DNA of 64,000 bases, taken from assembly GCA_030141605.1 (NCBI GenBank), contig JAQGDQ010000140.1, forward strand, positions 372,001-436,000, written 5' to 3'. Positions 14,206-48,200 of the stretch are shown one piece after another; the stretch's first letter is position 1; each line of letters starts with the position of its first letter. Made by a program: the position numbers and the translations under genes. Origin of the DNA: Tubiluchus corallicola (taxonomy: Eukaryota > Animalia > Priapulida). Below the pieces are notes generated by a model that had not been told where the DNA came from, did no database searches, and saw nothing but the letters and a program-made list of their open reading frames with translations.

Positions 14206-17015
14206 AGTGGCATATGCATATGATGGTTGGAGATGCAGAACTCAGGAAAGCATTTTTTGCATTTTAAATTGTCAATGCAGGAAGCCTCAGGGTTTTATAT
14301 AAGTAGAGTTTCTGGAAAAAACTTCTCCATGGTAAGGCAGTGAAAATGCCACAGATGGTTTACTGACTTGCTGTAAATAAATTTACGAATTTTTCCAACA
14401 ACTTAAAAGCATGAGAAATCTGGTAAGTGCCAATATTGGCAAAATGCGGATGGTGCAGGTGTTTTAGTATATTACTCAAGTATATCGTTCTACAGCATCT
14501 CACAAGAGCTTTTGAATTGTGATTCTGATCTATGTTTTCCTTGATTCTATGTTAAACATTATCTTTGCTGTGCCAGACAGTTTCAGACTGATGTGTTTGA
14601 TCATATGCGTCTTATAGTATGTCTCAGGAGTAGAACTTTTGGTAGGTTCAGAGCATGTTTGGTGATATGTTTAGTTCTAACTTCATGGTAGTAAAACCAA
14701 CATTTCAGCTTATCTTCTCATAAATTTTGCCAAGTAATATATTGATGTAACTGCTGGAATGCTTTGTTTACATTAGTTTCAAACTCATGTCTCTTATTTA
14801 ATCTTGTGATATGTTTCTACATGCTCTTAAGTGCAAGTTCATATGTTAGAAGGACAAAAACAAGTTTTAAATTTCATTTATACTGAGTATTACTTGTCAG
14901 TACAGTATGTTTTCAGTTTTTCTGAATTTATTTTAACATTGCTTTTTCTACTAACAAGAATGTGTTGGAAACTAACTCACTTGTTTTATTATAGCCTGTA
15001 AGATTTTGAAAGGAATGTATTAACTTTATATCAGGGATGTGCATCTAAGATGCATTTAATTTCAAGCCATGTACAATCTGCTTTGTTGAGAACTTACAGT
15101 AACTTAGCAGAAATCATTTCAGCAAAAATGCTATTATTTATGGATTTTTGAGCCGTATAACAAAAGTGCTACTTAAAATGGCTGTTGTGATTAAAACTTT
15201 TAATGACACATGTTAAGTCGTTCAACTGTCATTGTAAATGGCTGCTTCAGTATTGTTTTTTACACACTCTAAATTTATACTAGTTAATAGCTATACATGT
15301 ATGTTTATGTATCAATATTCTTCAGTATAGGGTATTTGTCAATATTATAGAATGTAGTGAGTGTTATATAGCATTTTACCATCAGATAACTTCAACACTA
15401 CTAGTAAAATTTACAAGAGCATAGTTATAGCCAAACTGCAATATTGGTCAGCTTGTAAAATCATTTTCTTATCAATCATACCAAATGTTCTGTGTCACGA
15501 ATTCCCGTAAATAAGTTCAATTTTGCCTTCATTGGCCTATGAGACATTACAGTTATTGCTAACTGATTTATTCTGGTTCTTAATATAACCTGTGCAGGCC
15601 TACGTAGTCCTACATAGTGGTGCCCACACCCGTAATTTTGAATAGTGTTACCATTTGGCTGTTGTATTTGCTACATGTATAAGCAACATCATTAGTTACA
15701 ACTAACTTAGGTTTTCTTGTTTTTTCATAGTTAAATGACTATTGAGCTTATGCGACGATACAGCTCGTAACATTAAATGAATAGTGAATTAGTGCAGTAA
15801 GCTTAGTGATATGATAATCTGTAGTTTGATTATCTTAACTTGTCTACTTGTGATTGAATGAGATGTGGTCATTTTAGTTGTGATATAAATTAGTTTGATA
15901 TGATTATGCTACTTTACCTGTGATAACCTGCAAAGTAATAATGTATTTGTCTATTTGCTCCAGAACATACAAGTTATAAACAAACTTTTTGTGGTCACTT
16001 TTAACAAATAGTTGTGCTTTCATAGATATGTAACTAGAAATGAAACTAAATGGCATATCTTACTATTAGCAGTAAAATGCTTTGATGTATAACTTACAAG
16101 CTGTTGACATTATGCTGCTTATGTACTTCTTTCAATAAAATACAGAGTTAGACCATGTCAAAGTCACTGCAAAATACTGGAAAATTGAACATTTTACAGT
16201 CTAGGTAAATTTACAAGTTAACAGACTTTGCCTTTGCATGAACTTTCCATCAGTGATTGACAAACTATGATTTTTATGTAATGAATTAATTAGCAGCACA
16301 ATTGAAATGCCAACACTTATTGACATTGAATTAATAACATGAAAAAATAATTTTGTTCTTAATGTGTCTAGCTAAACAATTTTGTTATAGTTTACACATA
16401 AAGTCAGAAGTTGTTTTGCAGAAGCTGCCAGCAACTATTCTGACTCTCAGACAGTGTTACTTTATTATTATATCTTTCAACAAGTGGTTAAGTCTCTTCT
16501 GTAAAGTGAATGGCTTCTTGTTGAGTAGAGTCTAACAGACAAGTAATAATAGTAATAATAATTAATAATTTGCTTATTTTTTTAGCTTATTCAGCTGCTC
16601 TCGATTGCAGCGCTCGAGAAGAATAGTTTTCAAGCAGTGCGCTCTTTTCGAGATATTTCAACGAATTTGATACTGTATAGTGTACACAGCTCACTATAGT
16701 TGATTGATTTGAGTGCATCATCCGCGTGTACGTCGAAGAGCTCTACTAGTTTCGTATTAAGCGGTAGTGTAGTGTGTTGAATGTGGCGAGCAAGTCCAAA
16801 TTATTACGTAACAGCTTGTAGTGCTATACCCTATTTTAAATATTTTTTGTGAACATTTTTCTCCCCTATATACACGCATACTGTATGGCACCCGTCAGAT
16901 CTAGCCAGAATCTGCTGTATTCTTTAAATCTGATAAGCCGACTCTAGCCTGACCATGATTTTTCTGGAAACAAACGCATAACAGTTTTTCCAGTTAGTAT
17001 TAGGAGGGAAGAAGA

Positions 17016-36989
<19,974 letters not shown>

Positions 36990-39024
36990 TGGTAGTATGT
37001 GATTGTTTGAAATTAATGAGTTTAGGAAAACATTTTAAATTTCACAGCAAACAGCCTAAATGTGTTAGGTAATAGAGGTACTAGAAGAGAATTCACTGTG
37101 TTGTTGAAACGAAAAGATGGCAGACGGTGTACCTGTTTGCCGTAAGTATTTTTACATATTTTCCTAACAGGGTTAGAAGTAGAAAGAAGCAAAAGTTTCA
37201 AGGTGCAAATATCTTAGTGCATTACTAAAGTGCAAAATATTAACATAATTATGCAAACGTAATTGCTTGTGGTTCTTGCAAAATCAGTGGATTTTCTATA
37301 TCACCAATATTGCCTTTACGGATTTCCCGCTTCCTTTTGCTAAACTTTACCTTTGTTATACAAGACATTTCCGAGTTGTATGCTTGGGTTATTTGCATCT
37401 CATAGTATATCTTGGGGCATGATATGTTAGCAGTGTTGGAATGGATTCAATACAGTCAACCCGGAGTCATTAAACTCTGATTAAAATTAACCACAAAGTT
37501 GGGACTTAGGCCAGATTTTAACCAGCGACACGTGTAAATGTCCCCCGAATCAAATGGGACCTTTGTCGGGATTTTCAAATATTTCCTTTCTTTCAGTCAA
37601 ACTTAGTTCAAAAATTCATACCTAAACTTGAAGTTAAAATTCGTGAATTTGTGTGTTATGACAACTTGATTTGCATGACTTCCTATCAACGTGAATGCAA
37701 TGGTACTCTTGCGCATAAATCAGTAGACACTTCAAATGATTTTATGCGTTTAATGGTGTAGTTAAGCAGTACAAATATATCATGTTTTTTGGATATTTTT
37801 CATTATTGTTGTTGCAATTTACAGACACTGTATGTTGTGATTGTCCTAACAATTTTGTTGCATTTTGCTAGTCATAGACGCTACACATGTTCTGATATTA
37901 GAGTCAGCTGTTGGGTCACTTAGGTGTTTAAGTCACGTAGCATAGGGTGCTTTACATGAAACCCGGTAATATTAGAAATTGTAATTGCCATAGGTATTTT
38001 GGTATGTTTCTTCCAAGTAACCATTTTTTGCTTTTTTGTGAAAAGCATTGATGACTGAATTAGGGTTTCTTCTAATCATGTGGTTTAATCTGATTTCTGA
38101 TACATCAGCAAGTTTTAATTACTTTTCATCCACATCGAGTCTTCCCGTACAGAAATGTTATACAGTGTTGGTTATTTATCTAATATGTAATATATATTTG
38201 AGATAGATGGGTGTAAGGTGTAAGATTTTAGCCTGTGTCAGGGTAGACAGTAGCTTCACTGTACAATCAAAGTTATACGAGACAATCAGGAAGAGATTAA
38301 TTATTCCAAATTATTTTTTTACTTTTTGATTTTACTGTTTTTAATTGCTTTGCTTAAATTTTTATTTTTGAACTTGATCAGTTTTGGTACATTTATTTAA
38401 TGTTTTCGTAATAATTAGTTGAGTTCATTTGCCTATGTTCTAATCAAATGAAGGAAATAATTTCTTCTGCTTTATTACTTAATTCGTATTTTGTGAGTTT
38501 CAACAATCCTTTTATCCTTGATTCACACTCTGAAAGCATGACTTATCTGCTTTGAAAAAGTATGTCTCAGGAAGTCTTATCAAAGGACTATATTTTTTAC
38601 AAGTCTTTGAAGGGACCAGCTAATTTAATGTTAAAAATGATGCTATTATTGGTTTGACTTGTATTGTTAGAAATATGGCTAGCTTGTAATTTTGCGCACA
38701 TTATTGCTTTGCAATAGCAGCTGATTTTACTGTTTTATGCAGGTTAGCTTATGTGCTTTAAACTTTAAAAACTAGTATTTCTTTCAGAAGGTTTCCTTTT
38801 CGTAGTTTATGATTTGTTTTTGTCAGCTTTGTAATAATTACGAATAGATTATGCGATCCGTTGCCATTTTGCATACAGATTTTTGAAACCCGATTTTCAT
38901 TTCTGGATTTGTAGTTAGTTTTTAAGCTTATATGTTGCTACTGTAGCTAGATAAGTGTGTATTGCCTTTTAGGCTTTTTGATCATTTACAAAGGTTAGTG
39001 TTTTAAAGAAAGCTGCAGGGCTAA

Positions 39025-39220
39025 GTGGTGTTTACCCAGCATCCGGTTTTCCATCTTGCAGAATAGCCGCGGAGAAAAAATCAATAGGAAATAACTGCAG
39101 AAAAAGAGTAACGCAAATGCAGGCAGCTTAAACGGGTGCATTGAAAATATATATAAACCAATTTTATTTATTCCGCACCCCCAAAATGTATACGCATCCG
39201 GATGCTGGGTAAACTCCACC
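39025..39220. mobile_element. Short MITE (PIF/Harbinger Tourist-like)
   Basis: Inverted termini gtggtgtttacccagcatccgg / ccggatgctgggtaaactccacc, flanked by TAA and TTA. Confidence 0.7.
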
Positions 39221-39930
39221 TTAGGGTGTTTTCACACACATTGTACCGAGTAGGCGATACGTTGTCATCAGTTTGCCCTTATAAAAGTTACATTTTAAAT
39301 AAATAGCTGTTTTAGCTGATTCACAAAAGCACAACAACCATTTGGCAATAATGAGGTAACTTTCTGGGAAACTACAGCATGTAAGGAATTCCTTTATATT
39401 TCTTCAACTATTGTAAATTTGTAGGATTCGTGAACAATCCTTTGATTCTTGTAGTGGCGAATTGTTGTTAACTCTCGCCTCACATTACTGAAATGTGTTT
39501 GTAGAACAGAAGTACTTAGTTCCCTGCAATTGTGTACATTCTAAATGCTTAAATGTAGAGCTTAACTGCTATTGCAGAAAAATTGCATATCTGTCATGAT
39601 GATAAACTTATGTAGTTGTTGAAACCCATATCAGCCCATATAAATATTCAGTGTAATTGAGATTTGCTGTTTTATTTTCGTTGAATATTGTTCTCGTCGG
39701 CCAGTGTTCCGTGTATAAAATATTATTTAAGATGTTGTTTTAATGTACTGACTACAGTCTGATTGACAATGCTGTATTGCGTACATTGCTGCAAAGTGAC
39801 TGTGAACTTATGTAATTTCACTTAGCAAGTGTAAGATTTAGGAGTTTTTGCACTGCAGGATAGGTAGTGTCCGTGATCATGTATGCTGTAAAATTTTTAC
39901 TCTGCTTGTTTAGCAATTACTGTATCAAGG

Positions 39931-40540
39931 TGGTGGCGGCTCGTGCATAGGTACTGTGGTACTGCAGCACCCCCTGTTTTCACTCATTATTATCGATAAT
40001 ATTCAATATATGATCTTTTTTCTTTAGCTCTTTTTTATACTTGTGAGCAACTGGAGCATGTGAGGGAAGTACAATTTGCTTTCCTGCCCAAGCAACGCAG
40101 TGTTTGGCTGCTGTGCACATGTGGCCATGCGCACATGTCTGAACTAACACGCTGTACGATATCGTCTGCTGCTAGGTAGAAAAGCACTGTCTGTATCACA
40201 GTAACAATTGCCACGTGCTTACCGTCTACCGTCGTATTCTTGGATATGATAGTGTAAATTTAGCGTGTTTGCTTAAAACAAATTATTTAATAATGGACGC
40301 CTTACATCCCCAACAAATAAGTTTTGTGATTGTAAGTGAACTACAACAGCTTATTTTTTTGCAATTGTCTCCCCATGAAAAAGTTTCAGTGAAAAAAAGA
40401 GGCCGTTCAATACCTGATCTTCAAATATAGCTGCAACATTAAAATTACATATGTTTGTTACATTTTACACAGTAGTAAAACAATGGCTAAAAATTTTCTG
40501 AAGGAGCACCCCCACTAATTTTAGCTACGAGCCGCCACAG
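39931..40540. mobile_element. Non-autonomous DNA transposon (hAT-like termini)
   Basis: Inverted termini gtggcggctcgt (39933-39944) / acgagccgccac (40527-40538), with subterminal agcacccc motifs near both ends. Confidence 0.6.
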
Positions 40541-42148
40541 ACTAGCAGTGTGAGAACATAACAAAATTAGATATCCTTGCAATTTGATTTTATTGTTTCC
40601 TAACATTTTCTCATGTATTTAACTAATACATCAATGCTATTGTTGAAGTGCGTTTTTTATGCGAGACTTAAACTTAATATTATGACTCATTTTTTCCTAC
40701 ATGTTTTTAACATATATTTACATGTCAGAAGGCAAATATGTATTATAAAATTGCAAGTAGACTGTGTGATAAATCGGTTTTTCTGAATTTTTCTTTTCTA
40801 TTACTGGAACATTTTGCAGTTTAAACTACTTTCTACTTGTCTGTTGATCTCTAACTTACAGTGCCTCCTGTTTCTTGCCAATAGATGTTATCATGTTGTG
40901 TCTATTATAATATTATTGCCACTGTTTACAGTATAAGTCTCGCCATCTATTAAAATTTTATTAAACTAATAACTAGTGGAAATTTGTTTCCACATTAATT
41001 TTGAGCATTTTTATCTGTAAATAATTTATAACATGAAGCGTTTATTAACTTAGGAAAACTGAAAACTTATAAGGAGGCACGTTATAATGCTTCGCGTATT
41101 TCAAATTATTCTAACAATCTGTATCTCAGGCAATCTATATTTTTCTTAAATTCATGTTGCTGTATTTCTAAGATGTCGTTTTTCAGCCAAGATGATCATT
41201 CACTGTTATGATGTATTGTAAATACACTGTTGTACTTATGATGAAATTGAGAACTGTAGACTTTTTTCTTTAATTGACATTTGGTTTTTAATGGAAGACT
41301 TTGTATAAGTATCATGGGAATTCAGTCACCTTTTCTTTCTGTCAGTTTTTCCAGAGGCACGTGAATTCTGCTGTGCAGTTTACAAACTAATTCTGTACTA
41401 TTAGATTCAAAATAGTAGATGTGTAATGATCAAAGTAAGAATGCAAGAAAAAGGGCAAAGCGGGGAAAAAGAGAAGGGTAGCCTTTTGTAGACGAATCGA
41501 AACGATTTGAACTACCTCAGCTGGTCAGAGCTAAAACTGTGGAAGTGAGAGAAAGAATGAAATAATTCTGCTGTAACTTTCTTATCGGGCTACTGATAAT
41601 TGTATTCGGGGTTGGGAACTCCTGTCTTGAATTTTTGGTCCTGACCCGAATCCGGGTCACGTTCACTTCATGCTGAACCCGAAATATCTCGACCTTGAAC
41701 TCAGTTAGCGTTCTGAACCCCGACCTCGAGCAGCAGCAAATCCCTATCTGAACCTTGACCCCCCAATGAAGTCTAGAAATTTGAAGTCAGTATATTTTTT
41801 AAATTGTTTCTTTATACAAAGTCAAATTCTCAAATTTGACAAAATAGAAAGCCAACTGTCTTGGAACAGACAGAATTTTGAAAAGATTCAGTTTTTTGTA
41901 GAATTTCCTGCATGTTTGGTTCATCTGAAACTTTTGTGTGGCTTTTTTGTCAGACTAAAATTAATTAATGATTTTTAATCTCACTTTCGCAGTATAGTTG
42001 GTATCGTTAAGTTTTTATATTTATTTATCATTATTTTAAGTATGATAATTTTTATATTCTGAACTCGCGTTCACCCTGCTGTTTGTGTGTAAGTTTTGAG
42101 GCAGCTGATTCATTCAAAGCAGTGCTGGCAGTGAGCCAGCTACAACGT

Positions 42149-42190
42149 CTGATTGGCTATTGCGAGGTGGATCCCTGCCAGCTGATTGGC
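42149..42190 (+). promoter_or_regulatory. Paired inverted CCAAT (NF-Y) boxes; candidate hcp promoter
   Basis: CTGATTGGC occurs twice (ATTGG at 42152 and 42185, 33 bp apart) at the start of a locally GC-richer island. It is followed by donor-like sites at 42536 (gtgagt), 42665 (gtatgt) and 42962 (gtaagt), and by an acceptor at 45256-45257 just before the hcp ATG. Confidence 0.5.
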
Positions 42191-44019
42191 GTTTCCCGGA
42201 TCCCTCTATTGATCTGTCTGCAGTCGCTCAAATCGTAAAGCTGGATAGCTTGAAGCTGTTACGGAAGCAGAGATTTTGTTACTGTTTAGCCCTTGCGGAT
42301 TATGACCATGGCTTTACGTTGTCAGTGATACTGCAACATTGCATTTGGCTTGCAGTGATCACCATAGTGACAGAGTATTGTGAACAGTTAATTTCGTGCA
42401 AGGCGGATTTTTAATCAGATTAAAAACAGGCCCTACTTTACTGTATAGTGAACAGTCTGTTAGAGTGTATCAGAGTATTGTGAACAGTCTGATAGTGTAT
42501 CAGAGACGGTGTCTGAATAGCGATTACCCAATAAAGTGAGTAATATCACACATCTGTGAATTTGTGTATTTTTGCAGTAACGTAGTGTTTAGTAAATTAG
42601 TGTTTAAAGCACTATAGAAGTGTTTTACCTACAATAGCGTTTAGAGTAGTTTAAGCACCTAAAGGTATGTACACAGGTGTGTTTTTCTAGAAATGTGTTG
42701 TGTCGGATACTGCTGCATTCCTTTTTAACTAACTTGTCCATGTTTCCATGTAACATGACATTGTAATTTTCCGTTTATAATCATTACAATGTAAATGTAC
42801 TGTTGTCAGCTAGTGCACGTGTTATGTCACAAAATGTTGTAGTAGTCCCATAATCCCATTCTTAAATTACAAAGCATGAAATGTTTTGTAATCAAATCAG
42901 TAATGACATGGCTTCTGGATCAAATCGTGCAGTTGTCGGTTTTGGCTTTACGCTTCATCTGGTAAGTCTCAACAAGTATGGATTTGATGTACTCCAGCAC
43001 ATATGTTGTGTTTAGCTTAATATTATCACTGTCTGTTTTATGCAACATGTTTCATTGACATTATTATTAAACTGAACGTTTTTGACCAATTTTCAGTAGC
43101 CTTTCAAATGCTGAGTTTTTAAAGCACTTAGTCTAGATTGCAAGTCATTAAGTTATTCGCTTATTGAGTTTTTGCTTGCCAACTGCCAGGATATGTCTTT
43201 TAGAATGACATTTATTGTTGTCATGAATCTGACTCTTTGTGAACTTGCCATTTAGAACACCATTTATTGTTGCTGTGGTATCCCTTTTATCGTAAACTTT
43301 TAACACGGAGGAACTTTATTATGATGTCATAATAAAACAATGGCTAAAACTTATTACATGAACAAAATCGAGAACAAAATCATGGCGAAATAGACAGTTT
43401 TATAATATTCTGAAATTTGTTAGATACTCATAGATACACATTTGTTTTAAAAATCTTGAATTAGCTGACATTAGAATTGAAATTAAAATGACATAATTAT
43501 GTTAAATCTTTTGACAAAGTACATTATAGTGACTATAGATTTATATCAGCATGAAAATTGTTTAAAATTCACTGTAATTTTCATTTTATGTAGATTCACT
43601 GAACTTTATTGCCGGCACAGCAAAGAAGGCAAAAACTACATCGTCTCACATTATCTTGTCTATTTAACTTAAACACAGCCTTACAAAAATCAGCATGTAA
43701 TGCTCAATAATCGTGAAATTTGAACTTCTGAAGTTTAACGCATCTTTGAAAAAAATGCAAATCTCTCACCTCAAAAAATCTCCCGGCCACCATTAATAAT
43801 TTGCAGTAGAAAATCTTAGTTATTTGCATTAGAAACACGCTGTGCACCAGCTTCTAGCAGATTAGTCAAAAATTAAAGTTTTAGCGTTCCAGGAACTTGA
43901 CTGAAATGAATTTACGAGACCAGCGTCAGTATTTTTACTGTTATCATTACCATTGCACATGAAACATTGCGCAAGTTCAGTTCATGCATCACTACTGACC
44001 TCATTAAAAGTGCAATCTG

Positions 44020-44176
44020 CCCTCAGTAGCACAAGGTGCACTATATACATGTCATTACTAGGACAACATGCCCCATAATGTACGAGCATTAGAACAAGAT
44101 GCACCATTAACATTATTATCAGTGGAACAAGTTGCCCTGTGCGCTCAGATCATTAGAACAACGCGCCCTGCTGTGC
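44020..44176 (+). repeat. Degenerate ~32-bp tandem repeat, about 5 units
   Basis: A core resembling agaacaag..gc.c recurs at ~44028, 44060, 44091, 44124 and 44155. Confidence 0.55.
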
Positions 44177-45295
44177 AATATTGGATTTTACAACAAAATA
44201 TCTTTATTACCTTGTAACGTGCCATGTAGATTGCTATCAGGACAAGCTGTTCAACTGCGTTCACATACGCATGCACACACACGCGCACATACACATTAGG
44301 AAAGCCTAACATCTAATTAATTGAGGAAGGAAGCACTGAAAAATTGCAGACTGACCAGGATTTGAACCCAGCACCTCACTGCTTACATAGTAGATTGTTC
44401 ACACGCACATGAAGTACAGTGTGAACTGATTAAATATGTTTGTATAGATATATTGTAATTGGGTCAATATTACTATATAAAGCTGAACACAATGCATGCC
44501 CTAGAATAGATTAAATCTATACTTGTTGATGTTTACCAGATGAAGCACAGAAGCAAACGTTACCATGGCATTTCTTTTTAGCAGAACATCGTGATCATTG
44601 TGATACCTGCTTAAATAAGAACTTGTATGCTAGAAATAACAATAAATAGCAATAACATGTTTCTCAAGAAATAATTAGCTATGTTTACTATGTATTTCTC
44701 TGATGTTTTTCTCAAAATAAAGTAATGGCCATTCACCATTCTTAGTCTCTTGTCTGTAAACAGTGCAGTACGAAAAAGCTCTAAGACGAGCAGCCCTTAA
44801 TTTCCCATTTACATCTTATTTCCAGGGGTATATGCATGCGCATAGGTGTTGGCTAATTATAATAAATCACTTTATATTGTTCTATTAACATACCAGTCTT
44901 CAACATTTCTCTCTTGTCTAAACTAGACAAATTCAGGTCAACATAAAACTGTTATCTTCTTTCAGTGTTGGTGCAAGATGCTAAAATGAGGATAAACATT
45001 TTGTCTTGACATTTACACAAATAACAAAATAACAGTAACAATGACTTCATTTTTAATTGCTTGTTATTTTTGTGTGTTTACCAGCCACAACATGCTGTCA
45101 ATTCGCATTTTTGCGTAAGTTAATGAAAATTTTGCAAATTTTCTCTTTTATTAAATTGACCACATAAACACCTGCTATAGTTACTTTAAAGCAGTTGCTG
45201 ACAGAAACGTGGGAAATAAAGGTATAATTTTATAACCTTTTTGGTTGGTAATTGCAGATATTGTGCTAGCACAGATAAAATAACTTCCGAAGAAG

Positions 45296-48200
45296 ATGGC
45301 TTCCACATTGTTGAGAGCATTGTTACGTGCCACAACTGTGCGCTATCTAACAGCAGGGCGATGCAGTGTTTTAGAGAGACACGTGGCTCCCTTTAACAGG
45401 ACTATTTTGCGAAATCTTGGAGAGGTTAAGTTGAGAAGCTATACCACAAAAGCCAGAGCAGCGAATGCCGATACTGAAGGTATTATATGATTATTGTAGC
45501 GCAGCTTCTAGTGCTATTCAGATCTCATGTCTTTCAAATTTCTTAGTGAAATACTGAGAAGTTTTGTTAATTTTCACTTAATCTGTATGACATTATGAAT
45601 TTTCTATTATGTAAAGGTGAACTTATGATTGGCTTGCAAAAGAAATAGTAAAAAATGTTCTAAATCTGGATTTGAACCAGTGGCTTTCTAGCAGGTATTC
45701 TTGCCAACTCTATTGCATTTTTGGCAACTTCTAAGCGAGAGGCACAGGTTTCAGAATCTGGCAGTGGAATGATTTTTTTATTCATTTTTTCCATGCTAGT
45801 CATAAAATTTCTCCTTAGGATGGAAGACTTATATCATTAATAACTTGATAATCAATCTTGCTTTATTAATTAGTTAGTTAACTAATTATTTTCATTAATA
45901 TGAAAATAAGAGAGTTATATTATTACTATGAAAGTTAGTATGAAATGTAAGTTTAACAAAAGTTCTTGTTGCCATGTGAAAAGGCTAATAACTAGGCTCT
46001 AGTAAGTTGTGGCTAAGTGGTCGCAATGGTACTGACTGTCCATTTCTTTCTGTTATTCACTTGCAATTTACTTGACTGATATTGTACGTGTGCCACAGTC
46101 AGTTATGTCCGGTCTACTACAGCTGAAATCGTGCATATATCATATGTCTGATTTTCGAATGAATTAGCTTTCATGACTGTGGGTAGTGTAGAAAACAAAT
46201 TGTTGCCTCTATGTTATTTAGTGAGGTTATCTTATTTGTGCTACTGCAGCACAGCAGAGCACATAGCTCTAATTGGCTCACATATTTTTTCACTAGTTAA
46301 AACATTACGAATTGACCAATGTAATAAAACAGCTTTGTGCACAAGATTTTTTATGATTTTCATTACTTATTTTCAGACATGTTTTGTTTTCAATGTGAAC
46401 AAACCAAGAATCGGAAGGGGTGCACTACGATCGGAGTTTGCGGAAAAACTGCTGAGGTTTCGCACCTGCAAGATTTGTTGACGTACATCTTGCGTGGTCT
46501 GGCCTTGTACGGGCATCGTGTCAACAAGCTGGGCAGACATCTTAATAATGAAGTGTACGATTTTATGTACTCAGCATTGTTCAGGTGAGCAAGTACTTTA
46601 GAACTTCCATGATCCCTTTAATGAGTATTTTAAAGTTGCTTAGACCTGTTCTTTTAGAGTGAGCATTAAATTATAGATCATAGTTTTATATTACCCATTC
46701 ACGTTGTATGCCAACGTATAAGAGACTATCAGCGTATGTTTTACAATAATCCATTGTGTGCCAATGTATATGTTACACTGACTAATTCTGTTATTTGCAC
46801 ACCAATAATACATACCACAGTTTGCATATTCTTTGTGAATGATGATGAACTGCATGCATCACAGCAATGTAGCCATCAAATTACTGCAATAAATGCTAAT
46901 ATGAGTAGATATTGTAAGTTCATTTAATTAATTTAATTTGGTACAAATGTTCTCTGATTAAATTCATTGGAATTGTTTTGGTATGTAACTTGACATATTA
47001 GCAGCAACAGCTGTAGTAGTTTATGATTCAAGTAGTTCTGAAAATTTTATGAATTAGCATTCAGAAATTTTAATTAGTACAATATATAGTGTGATCAAAC
47101 ATGAGAATGTGGCAGTGACAATAAAGTTCGATGATCATAATTCAATTGGTGCTCTCTAAAATACTTATACATTCTGCTTAAAGTCTGTCTGGCACAATTA
47201 ATTATCCAAATTATTCTATATTGTTCCAAATTATTTAAATTATTCTAAATTATTCCAAATTATCTAAATTATTATTCTTATTTCAAACAATGGAATTAAG
47301 GAGGAACTAGATTTATTGACCATCACATTTATTGTCACGCATCATTCTACGCCGCTCGCTTGCTTGGACACAACTTCAATATCATGCTTCGTGAATTTTA
47401 AGAAATCTGTAGACGAAGTTTTCTGTTTTTTTGGATCTGGTTTAAATCTTTTAAAACTGCTCGAATTCTGTGGTAACATCTGTCCAAAATGTTCACTAGG
47501 CTTATTTTGGGTAACTATTTCCAAAAAGAAAACAGCGTTTTTGTTTGTTTATTGTTCTGCTTGTGTTAATTTTACTTTTGTTTCTTTTTGCAGCACACTA
47601 ACAAATGTGAACTTTGACCCAGATAGGTTTCTTGTCTACATTTCTGAGGCACTCAAACACAGGGATGCTGTAAAAGAACTATATTTTTCTACTTGCAAGG
47701 TCAGACTTAATATAATTATAATAAAAATACTTGACAATTACCTTTATCACATCAGTTTAATATATCACACTAGTAATTTACACTTCCATTCCTATTCACT
47801 GATGATTGGATCTGTCTCATTTTGATTTATCTTATAAAGAACAGACCTTAAAGTAAACAATGACAAGACATTATATTAAGAAATGCTCGTGTCATAAACA
47901 GACCATAACAGTTTCACCATAAAATGACTAACGCTGTCATTCTGCTTAACTGAATTTAGCTTATACATGTGTCATAAATCTGTGAGAGTATGAAATTCCT
48001 TTCACGTGCTTTTAAACACTAATTGTCTGAAAACGGTTTACCTCGTAGGAACAAGGAGCAAAACCTGAAGCATTTCCTGAAGGTCCAGCCACATATCGCC
48101 CTCCTGCGGAAGATGTACATACTCTTGCAGAAGAAGGTAAGTCACAGGAAGAGTTACTTATTGTGGATAATAAATGAACAATTTTACTTTTAAAAAAAGG

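Noticed and set aside
44020-44176. Repeat-spacer-like periodic pattern upstream of hcp
   Set aside because: The ~32-bp period with a poorly conserved core fits an old minisatellite, not CRISPR.
41000-46100. Hypoxia-response elements (RCGTG) around the hcp promoter
   Set aside because: Only a few scattered 5-mers (e.g. ~41360, ~42817, ~45207), not evidently above chance.
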